Shown: positions 1 to 6,897 of the stretch, piece by piece
Layout: the number at the start of each line of letters is the position of its first letter
Position numbering within the stretch: position 1 is the stretch's first letter
Origin: Candidatus Saccharimonadota bacterium
GTDB lineage: Bacteria > Patescibacteriota > Saccharimonadia > Saccharimonadales > AWTP1-31
Direction: 5' to 3'
NCBI GenBank assembly: GCA_020428425.1
Contig: JAGQMX010000029.1
Location: 1 to 35,772, forward strand
DNA length: 35,772 nucleotides
The notes under the pieces: model-generated
What the model was told of the DNA's origin: nothing
The model's database searches: none
What the model saw: only the letters and a program-made list of their open reading frames with translations
Position numbers and translations under genes: made by a program

Positions 1-1
1 T

Positions 2-130
2 ATTACTGCAACATTAAAAAATCTAGGCAACGCATTTGGTCCTACTGAGAAGAAAAGTAGTTCTGACTTAACTTACGGTAATAGTACCTACGGTGGAGGC
101 GGAGCAAGTAATAAGCCAAGGATTTTGTAA
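2..130 (+). CDS. 3' end of an upstream ORF cut by the window edge (unknown function, Gly-rich C-terminus)
   Basis: Frame 2 is open from the window edge to TAA at 128-130 (...LTYGNSTYGGGGASNKPRIL*). The stop overlaps the next start as TAATG, which suggests translational coupling to the collagen-like gene. Confidence 0.4.
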   Translation: MTATLKNLGNAFGPTEKKSSSDLTYGNSTYGGGGASNKPRIL

Positions 131-498
131 TGGCTAGGCTACCAATACCAGGCCAAGATGGCGGTACTTGGGGAGCTATACTCAATGAATTTTTAGAGAC
201 ATCACACAATAGTGATGGGACTATTAAAAGCAGTTCAATACCTACAGTTTCAGGGGCTACTGGTCCCCAAGGACCAACTGGGGCCGCTGGAGCTACTGGA
301 CCAGCGGGTGCAACCGGAAGTAACGGTTCTGATGGTGCAACTGGTCCACAAGGAGATGACGGGACATCTAGAGTTTGGTTTTATGATGGAGCAGATTATA
401 TTGAAAAACCTGCGGCTAGAATATTTATAGGTGATACCGATCCAAGTACAGAAGGCTTTACGCTAGTCGATGGTGATATTTGGGAAAATACAGCATAA
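130..498 (+). CDS. Short collagen-like (G-X-Y repeat) protein, tail-fibre-like N-terminal cassette
   Basis: 122-aa ORF with AAGGA upstream. It has 12 uninterrupted G-X-Y triplets (GATGPQGPTGAAGATGPAGATGSNGSDGATGPQGDDG). The N-terminal 30 aa ([30 protein letters not shown]) are 29/30 identical to ORF 3790-4608. The C-terminal motif is DGDIWENTA. No signal peptide. Confidence 0.8.
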   Translation: MARLPIPGQDGGTWGAILNEFLETSHNSDGTIKSSSIPTVSGATGPQGPTGAAGATGPAGATGSNGSDGATGPQGDDGTSRVWFYDGADYIEKPAARIFIGDTDPSTEGFTLVDGDIWENTA

Positions 499-501
499 CA
501 A

Positions 502-1311
502 ATGAGTAGAAAAGTTTGGCAGACTAATCAATGGATAGATATTGGTGTTACAACAACATCAGATATTCAAGAGTTTACTTCTTCGGGAATCTGGAATAAA
601 CCAGCAGGATCTTTTACTTCCGTAACCATAATTGCTGTTGGTGGTGGAGGCGGCGGAGGTGGAGGTGTCCAGCGAAATGATGCAGCTGCTTATGGCTCCG
701 GTGGCGGCGGTTGCGGAGGGCTAGAGATGGTAGTTGTTGACTTTAATGACATGGGCGCTACAGAAACAATCACTGTTGGGTCTGGTGGTTCTGGAGGACC
801 ACCTGCTACTCACTGGTCTATAGGTTCTGGTATCGCTGGTGGAGCTAGTTCTTGTACTGTAACAAATGGATCAACAGTTACTGCCCCTGGTGGGGGCGGT
901 GGAGGACATGGTTATCCATCTGGGCCTGGTAATGCAGGAGGAGCATCCGGAGGTGGAACAGGCTCTGGTGGTACTGGAGGATCAAGCGGAAATGGAGTTG
1001 ACGGTGCTACAGGAGGAGGTGGAGAACCGGGTAGTGCTGGAGGGGCTGGTCACGGCGTCCCGGCTGGTCCAGTACCTGGCTTTGGTGAAGACGGTGCCGA
1101 TGGTGGTAATTGTCCGGCAATATACGGTGTAGGTGCTGGAGGACGTGGTGGCGATGGTCTAGCTTATAATCCAACGCCGGCTGGTAATGGAGGTGCAGGG
1201 GGCTTCCCTGGTGGTGGGGGTGGTGGAGGTGGACACCATAGGTATACTATTTCGGACTCCGGATCAGGAGGTGCTGGAGCTAATGGACGCGTGGTAATAA
1301 TCTGCACCTAA
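502..1311 (+). CDS. Glycine-rich domain protein (phage tail-fibre-type glycine-rich family)
   Basis: 269-aa ORF starting 3 nt after the previous stop and in the same frame. The N-terminus MSRKVWQTNQWIDIG is shared with ORF 1365. The motif FTSSGIWNKPAG...VTIIAVGGGGGGGGG is followed by many G3-G9 runs separated by short variable segments, and the protein ends ...GRVVIICT. No signal peptide. Confidence 0.8.
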   Translation: MSRKVWQTNQWIDIGVTTTSDIQEFTSSGIWNKPAGSFTSVTIIAVGGGGGGGGGVQRNDAAAYGSGGGGCGGLEMVVVDFNDMGATETITVGSGGSGGPPATHWSIGSGIAGGASSCTVTNGSTVTAPGGGGGGHGYPSGPGNAGGASGGGTGSGGTGGSSGNGVDGATGGGGEPGSAGGAGHGVPAGPVPGFGEDGADGGNCPAIYGVGAGGRGGDGLAYNPTPAGNGGAGGFPGGGGGGGGHHRYTISDSGSGGAGANGRVVIICT

Positions 1312-1364
1312 CTAAAATCAGAAAAATGCACATGCTATAATTCTTATGAAAACAGGTAGTAATT

Positions 1365-2411
1365 ATGAGTAGAAAAGTTTGGCAGAATGGACAATGGGTA
1401 GACGTAGGTAATAGCGTGCCGGAATCTATCCATTCAATTACTCAAGCTGACTTCGATGCCCTTAATTCACCAGACCCGAGCATAATATACGGTATTGTTT
1501 CCTCTGGGACAGAAACAACTGCTGACTCGGTGCGAATTAATCAAAAGCTTGTTACTAAGCTCTATGTCGGAAATACCGAACTTTGGACTCCAACTTTATT
1601 TGCTACAGGTGGCACAGTTAGCGATGTTGCTATGGCTGGTGTGATGTGGCGATTTCACACGTTCACTTCGTCTGGCCAGTTTGAGGTTTTGCAAGATAAT
1701 TTGGAAGTTGAGTACCTACTCGTTGCTGGCGGCGGCGCAGGCGGTGGAAATGTTGTTGATTCACTTTTATCTGCCGGCGGTGGTGGTGGCGCAGGAGGCG
1801 TGCTATCAGGAGCACTGTTATCGGATGTTGGAGTGTATGATCTAGAAGTCGGAGCAGGCGGAGTTGGATCTCAAGGTGCAGCAGGTGGTAATGGTGAAGA
1901 TAGTACTGGGTTCGACTTGATTGCTATCGGTGGCGGTGGTGGTGGCGCTAAAAGTAATGGCGTGGCTAAGTTGGGTGGCTCGGGTGGAGGTGGCAACTCT
2001 CAAGTAAATGAAAGCGGGGCTGCGGGAACTATCGGACAGGGCTATGCAGGTGGTAATGGGTTAAGTAGTTACGGTTCTCGTCCTGCCGGTGGCGGTGGTG
2101 GTGGCGGTGGCATAGGATTGAATGGTTATAGCTATGCAAGTAACGCTGTTGGCGGCGCAGGAGGAATCGGGATCGAGTGGCCACTTAGTTCTGGTGAATA
2201 CTACGCCGGTGGTGGCGGTGGCGCTAGTGCGGGTAATACTGGAACGGTAGGGTCTGCCACTCATGGTGGTGGAGACGGTGGCTTAGCTGACGGCAATGCG
2301 GGAACAGCCAATACTGGCGGTGGTGGTGGCGGTGGCGCAGGTGGCTATGACGGCGCGATAGGCGGAGATGGTGGCTCAGGAATAATAATTATTCGTTACC
2401 AAATTGGATAA
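1365..2411 (+). CDS. Glycine-rich domain protein, paralogue of 502-1311 with a longer N-terminal region
   Basis: 348-aa ORF. The first 22 nt are identical to ORF 502 (MSRKVWQ..QW.D.G). The motif FHTFTSSGQFEV...VEYLLVAGGGAGGG is followed by multiple poly-Gly runs, and the protein ends GSGIIIIRYQIG, as is typical for this glycine-rich family. Confidence 0.8.
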   Translation: MSRKVWQNGQWVDVGNSVPESIHSITQADFDALNSPDPSIIYGIVSSGTETTADSVRINQKLVTKLYVGNTELWTPTLFATGGTVSDVAMAGVMWRFHTFTSSGQFEVLQDNLEVEYLLVAGGGAGGGNVVDSLLSAGGGGGAGGVLSGALLSDVGVYDLEVGAGGVGSQGAAGGNGEDSTGFDLIAIGGGGGGAKSNGVAKLGGSGGGGNSQVNESGAAGTIGQGYAGGNGLSSYGSRPAGGGGGGGGIGLNGYSYASNAVGGAGGIGIEWPLSSGEYYAGGGGGASAGNTGTVGSATHGGGDGGLADGNAGTANTGGGGGGGAGGYDGAIGGDGGSGIIIIRYQIG

Positions 2412-2527
2412 ATAGGAGAAATAAATGTTACTAAATGGGAAGTGGCAGGCTAGTATGATGTGTCCAATAATACTATAGCTATATGTAGGGTCACAGATTA
2501 TAAAAAAGCTATGTTAGGATAGAACAT

Positions 2528-3709
2528 ATGAAGGACAACATGATCTCAACAGTTAACCAAAAAATGACCTTCCATGTTATAGCTCTACCACATACCCAAA
2601 CAACACTAGAATACGAAGCCTGTGCATACACCTCTAAAGTGCGCAAGTTCTGTAACATGATGAAATCACTTGGTCACACCGTTTATTTATATGCCTCGGA
2701 AGATAACCAAGCTGATTGCGACGAACTTATAACAATTGCCTCAAAAGCTGATCAAGAAAGATGGTTCGGAAAAAACGACTTTAAGAAAAACTTTTTTAAT
2801 CTAGATTGGGATGCCTCAAAAATTCATTGGCAAGAAACCAACAAAAGAGCAATTAAACAACTTAAGAAACGCCTGAAACAACAAGACTTTATCTGTCTAA
2901 TAGGTGGTGTTTGCCAAAAACCAATTGCTGATGCTTACCCGCAAACTATGTCAGTTGAATTTGGGATAGGGTACGAAGGTGTATTTGCGCCATTTAGAGT
3001 CTATGAGTCATACGCTCATATGCATTATGTACATGGCAAACTCGGTGATGATAATGGGCATTTCTTTGATAGTGTCATACCTAACTACTTCGAACCAGAA
3101 TATTTTCCTTACTCAGCCGAAAAAGATGATTACTACTTATTCCTAGGTCGTATGGTTAAACGCAAAGGCCCAGAGATTGCCGTAGAAGTAACCAAACGTA
3201 TTGGTGCTAAGTTAGTCATGGCTGGCCAAGGTGTAACTAAAAAAACTGGAAATAAAATATACAGTAAAGAAATAACCCTAGAGGGTAACCATATCACCCA
3301 CGTAGGTCATGCCGATGTTAATAAACGAGCAGAATTATTAAGCAGAGCAAAAGCAGTATTCGTACCAACAACCTACATGGAGCCATTTGGTGGAGTGTCT
3401 GTTGAAGCCCTGCTATGTGGCACTCCAGTAATAGCAACAGATTTTGGTGCTTTCCCAGAAAATGTTCAGCACGGTATACATGGCTATAGGTTTAGGACAA
3501 TCGGAGAGGCAGTCTGGGCAGCAAAAAACTTAGATAAATTGAACAACAAAAAGATTCACGAATATGCAGTCGACAACTTCTCTGTAGATAGAGTCAGGTA
3601 TCTTTACCAGGCATACTTCGAACAACTACTCACCTTATGGGAGGATGGTTTTTATTCTAAATGGCATGACGGGGTATCTAAATATAATCGATACACACGA
3701 AGTAAATAG
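2528..3709 (+). CDS. Glycosyltransferase, GT-B fold (GT4/GT1-like)
   Basis: 393-aa ORF. The C-terminal half carries the classic GT-B retaining-GT signature (VFVPTTYMEPFGGVSVEALLCGTPVIATDFGAFPENVQHGIHGY, an E-x7-E type motif). AGGA lies upstream of the ATG. Confidence 0.85.
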   Translation: MKDNMISTVNQKMTFHVIALPHTQTTLEYEACAYTSKVRKFCNMMKSLGHTVYLYASEDNQADCDELITIASKADQERWFGKNDFKKNFFNLDWDASKIHWQETNKRAIKQLKKRLKQQDFICLIGGVCQKPIADAYPQTMSVEFGIGYEGVFAPFRVYESYAHMHYVHGKLGDDNGHFFDSVIPNYFEPEYFPYSAEKDDYYLFLGRMVKRKGPEIAVEVTKRIGAKLVMAGQGVTKKTGNKIYSKEITLEGNHITHVGHADVNKRAELLSRAKAVFVPTTYMEPFGGVSVEALLCGTPVIATDFGAFPENVQHGIHGYRFRTIGEAVWAAKNLDKLNNKKIHEYAVDNFSVDRVRYLYQAYFEQLLTLWEDGFYSKWHDGVSKYNRYTRSK

Positions 3710-3789
3710 TTTAACACTCAATCTCTGTCGGATTTGAACCACCCATACGCTTATGTTAAACTAAAAAGTAATTATGTTAGGTTCTTGTA

Positions 3790-4608
3790 GTGGCTAGACT
3801 ACCAATACCAGGTCAAGATGGAGGAACTTGGGGAGATATACTCAATGAATTCTTAGAGACATCACATAATAGTGATGGATCCATAAAGACTAGTGCTGTA
3901 CCTCCATCTTCTGGCGCTACTGGGCCAGCAGGTCCTACGGGAGCAACCGGTCCGCAGGGTGAGGCTGGAGCTACGGGAGCAGGAACAACAGGTGCAACTG
4001 GTGCTACTGGGCCACAAGGTAATACAGGAGATGATGGGTCAGAAGGTGCAACTGGTGCTACTGGGCCACAAGGTAATACAGGAGATGATGGGGCTACTGG
4101 AGCACAAGGTAGTGATGGTGCAACAGGAGCTACTGGTCCGGCTGGTGATTCTTATGTACCAGATCCTACAGCTGAGTCAGACGGGAAAGTTTTAACTACA
4201 TCTAGTGGATCTGCAGTATGGGGGGATGCGGTTGGTTTCATAAGAACTACTGCAGAATATAATGTAGCTGATCTTGACAATGATGCTCACGACAGTGGCA
4301 CAATTACTATGGCACCTGCCTGGCGAATACTTAAAGTTGAATCTAATGTTGCTGCTAGGGTTAGACTTTATGCGAATACTAGCTACCGTGACGCAGATGT
4401 GAATCGAACAATTGGTGATGACCCTACCGGTGATCATGGGTTACTTATGGACTTTGTTACTACCTCTGGTCAACTAAGTTGGGTACTATCTCCATTAATT
4501 GACGGTTATACGACTGATTCTTCTGATGATGTAGCAATTACTGTGACAAACAAGAGTGGTGGTCAAAGTGATACTAATGTAACGATAACATGGCTGAGAT
4601 GTGAATAA
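3790..4608 (+). CDS. Collagen-like repeat protein with a globular C-terminal domain (tail-fibre-like)
   Basis: 272-aa ORF with a GTG start. The start is supported because conservation with ORF 130 begins at codon 1 ([30 protein letters not shown]). About 26 G-X-Y triplets with one phase interruption (GAT-GA-GTT). These are followed by [14 protein letters not shown] and a roughly 130-aa non-repetitive C-terminal domain. No signal peptide. Confidence 0.8.
   Translation: MARLPIPGQDGGTWGDILNEFLETSHNSDGSIKTSAVPPSSGATGPAGPTGATGPQGEAGATGAGTTGATGATGPQGNTGDDGSEGATGATGPQGNTGDDGATGAQGSDGATGATGPAGDSYVPDPTAESDGKVLTTSSGSAVWGDAVGFIRTTAEYNVADLDNDAHDSGTITMAPAWRILKVESNVAARVRLYANTSYRDADVNRTIGDDPTGDHGLLMDFVTTSGQLSWVLSPLIDGYTTDSSDDVAITVTNKSGGQSDTNVTITWLRCE
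3991..4092 (+). repeat. Tandem duplication inside the collagen-like region (54-bp period, 48 nt identical)
   Basis: ggtgcaactggtgctactgggccacaaggtaatacaggagatgatggg occurs at 3991-4038 and again at 4045-4092, separated by tcagaa. It encodes [16 protein letters not shown] twice. Confidence 0.95.
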
Positions 4609-4633
4609 ATGATTAATTTTAAAAGGAGAGAGT

Positions 4634-5560
4634 ATGGCATATAGTTCTGGCACGGAGACATCCGATGGAGCAGCTACAGCAACACTGGTAGGTAAGATTG
4701 AAGATGCACTTACGGCACACGCTGCATGGGAATATGTAGAAGAAGTGACCGAGGGTGGATACACTACAAGAGTATGGAAAAACAAAGGAACAGAGAATGA
4801 CTTCGGAAGTGATTGGTATCTAGCACTTATGCGGACTTCTGATACATCTGATCTAATGTTTAAGGCAGCTGAAGATTGGGATGGAAGCAACGCGATTAGA
4901 GGATGTTTAAATCCAGGCAGTGAGAGCTACGTTGAATCGACCTATCGCTCTAGGTATGGCGATACCGGATACCCGTGGTCAGATAGTAAATGGAATTCAT
5001 ACGTAAATATAGCCACACACACATCAAGTTTTTCTTGGATAATTCATGTAAACAACAAAAGATTAGTGGTTCAGACCAGTATTTCTGGCTCATTACAGGG
5101 TATTAAGTATATAGGTCTATTTGACAAAGTTGAACCCTTTACATCTGCAGCATGGAATTCATATAACTTTCCTTTAGTGCTCGCCCCTTTTGACAACACG
5201 GCATACGATACCGATGGGGCTGGCTCGTCTTCAAGACGACCGATGAGTACCGATAATACCAGCGATGCGTATGCTATAAACAGCTACTTCGCTACGGGAT
5301 CTTCCATTTATTTTGTAAATACCTTCGTAGGAGACGTCGGCACACTAATAGATCACCCATACGTTGGATCCCGTGGATATGTTTTCCATACTTCCGGCAA
5401 TACCACGAATGGTAATTACAGAGGAGTATATAACGACTTATTATTCTTTAAAGGAGCTGCGCCATCGCCAGTTGGCGGTGACACTATTTCGGTAAATGGT
5501 GATAGCTGGATTTCCTTGGGTCGCATCGGTAGCTACATAGTCTGGGTACCAAATGACTGA
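4634..5560 (+). CDS. Hypothetical protein (candidate distal fibre or receptor-binding component)
   Basis: 308-aa ORF with a strong SD (AAAGGAGAG) 5 nt upstream. Aromatic/Ser/Thr/Gly-rich, with no TM segment or signal peptide. No family recognised with certainty. Confidence 0.7.
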   Translation: MAYSSGTETSDGAATATLVGKIEDALTAHAAWEYVEEVTEGGYTTRVWKNKGTENDFGSDWYLALMRTSDTSDLMFKAAEDWDGSNAIRGCLNPGSESYVESTYRSRYGDTGYPWSDSKWNSYVNIATHTSSFSWIIHVNNKRLVVQTSISGSLQGIKYIGLFDKVEPFTSAAWNSYNFPLVLAPFDNTAYDTDGAGSSSRRPMSTDNTSDAYAINSYFATGSSIYFVNTFVGDVGTLIDHPYVGSRGYVFHTSGNTTNGNYRGVYNDLLFFKGAAPSPVGGDTISVNGDSWISLGRIGSYIVWVPND

Positions 5561-5738
5561 TTATAACGACGGTTACTTATACGATGACACAAATCTCGGC
5601 TCAGATTGGATAGTAGCTAATATTGACTTTGGGCAAGGCGTAGATGAGGTTGAGGATACTGAATCTTCCGGGTCTACACCACAAGTACCAACCGAAGGTC
5701 AACTATGGCCAAGGGGTAATCAATCGAATAATTCATAA
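5553..5738 (+). CDS. Small acidic hypothetical protein
   Basis: 61-aa ORF overlapping the previous gene by 8 nt (ATGACTGA), which suggests translational coupling. Asp/Glu-rich. No recognisable domain. Confidence 0.45.
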   Translation: MTDYNDGYLYDDTNLGSDWIVANIDFGQGVDEVEDTESSGSTPQVPTEGQLWPRGNQSNNS

Positions 5739-5752
5739 TTAATATAGAATTT

Positions 5753-6013
5753 TTATTTATGACTTCGATGTATACACCCCGCCCAACAACAAGGCCGCCG
5801 TTTTCCTTCAAGTAATTCTGATACGGTCCGTTCAATATGCTTTTTTCTAGTTTCTGGTTTTTTTGTAGTAATATTCCAACAAATCCATTCATTCCTAGCT
5901 AGTGGTGTTAAATCTTCCCATCGTTCAAGTGCACTTTCATCAGACAACAAGGCAGATTGTAAGTCTTTTGGTACTTCATGAACAACGCCTGTAGCAATTT
6001 GTTTTGTCTTCAT
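5753..6013 (-). CDS. YdeI/OmpD-associated (OmdA) family protein
   Basis: 86-aa ORF. The segment PKDLQSALLSDESALERWEDLTPLARNEWICWNITTKKPETRKKHIERTVSELLEGKRRPCCWAGCIHR matches the pattern of the small YdeI/OmdA family as I remember it. Confidence 0.7.
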   Translation of the reverse strand: MKTKQIATGVVHEVPKDLQSALLSDESALERWEDLTPLARNEWICWNITTKKPETRKKHIERTVSELLEGKRRPCCWAGCIHRSHK

Positions 6014-6086
6014 ATTCTCATACTAACCCAAGGATAACTTACAGTAAAGATGCTAGTGTAATATAATAAATAACGGTAAGGAAAAT

Positions 6087-6347
6087 ATGAATAGAATAAT
6101 TATAGACGTCAGAGAACCTGAAGAGTATGCCACTGGACATGTCAAAGGAGCTATTAATATACCTCCAGCACAACTAATGCAAGGCGCTAAACAGCTGGAT
6201 GGTATACCGAAAAATACCGAACTTATACTTTACTGTGTATCTGGTAGTAGGTCTAATGTATCAATAAATATCCTAAAACAAATGGGCTATACTAACCTGA
6301 CTAACGGTATCAACAAGAATCACGTAGAAGCTAACTTGAAAAATTAA
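6087..6347 (+). CDS. Single-domain rhodanese-like sulfurtransferase
   Basis: 86-aa ORF with AAGGA as SD. IIDVREPEEYATGHVKGAINIP plus the active-site loop LYCVSGSRS. Confidence 0.8.
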   Translation: MNRIIIDVREPEEYATGHVKGAINIPPAQLMQGAKQLDGIPKNTELILYCVSGSRSNVSINILKQMGYTNLTNGINKNHVEANLKN

Positions 6348-6415
6348 TCCAATAGTATTAAATTTTCAAATATCAAATCCCTAGGAATACATATTCTGCA
6401 TGCTAGACTGAGCTT

Positions 6416-6826
6416 ATGAAAATAATAGCCAAAGTATTACTGTATGGACCGAAAAATCAGATTTTACTTCTACAGCGTAGCAATAGCCACCCATACTATG
6501 CTTTACAGCCCGATATACCTGGTGGTGAAGTAGAAAGAGGTGAAACAAATAATGTAGCTGTGGCTAGAGAGTTAGAAGAAGAAACGGGAGTATCATTACC
6601 ACCTAGTAATTTCACGCAAGTTCACGAGCAACAAGTTACACAACAGAAAAAATACTTAATATTTCAAGCAGCTATAAAAGAATTTCCAAAGATTACCTTA
6701 AGCTGGGAACATATTAATTACAGCTGGGGTTTAGTAGAAGATATGTTGTCTGTTGAATTACCAAAGGACATCGATAACTATTACGAAATGGTAATAAAAT
6801 ATCTCAGCCAAACACAATCCCAATAA
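6416..6826 (+). CDS. NUDIX hydrolase
   Basis: 136-aa ORF with a Nudix box: GGEVERGETNNVAVARELEEETGV. Confidence 0.8.
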   Translation: MKIIAKVLLYGPKNQILLLQRSNSHPYYALQPDIPGGEVERGETNNVAVARELEEETGVSLPPSNFTQVHEQQVTQQKKYLIFQAAIKEFPKITLSWEHINYSWGLVEDMLSVELPKDIDNYYEMVIKYLSQTQSQ

Positions 6827-6897
6827 ACCAAAAGCTAAGAAAGCTATCTGATCGACTATGATGTTATACTATAAATATTAATATAAGGAGGAGCTCT

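Noticed and set aside
212-4195. Alternative-frame ORFs inside the collagen and glycine-rich genes (212-430, 866-1132, 3893-4195 on +; 2061-2264 and 4192-4437 on -)
   Set aside because: These are typical open frames produced by GGN or GNN-rich repetitive coding sequence. They have no start context or independent signal, and they lie fully inside ORFs with clear protein-family features.
130-4608. Diversity-generating retroelement (template/variable repeat pair) explaining the duplicated fibre N-termini
   Set aside because: No reverse transcriptase gene is present in the window. The mismatches between the two copies are a mix of transitions and transversions, mostly at third codon positions, and are not adenine-specific. 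The duplicated part is the conserved N-terminus rather than a C-terminal variable region.
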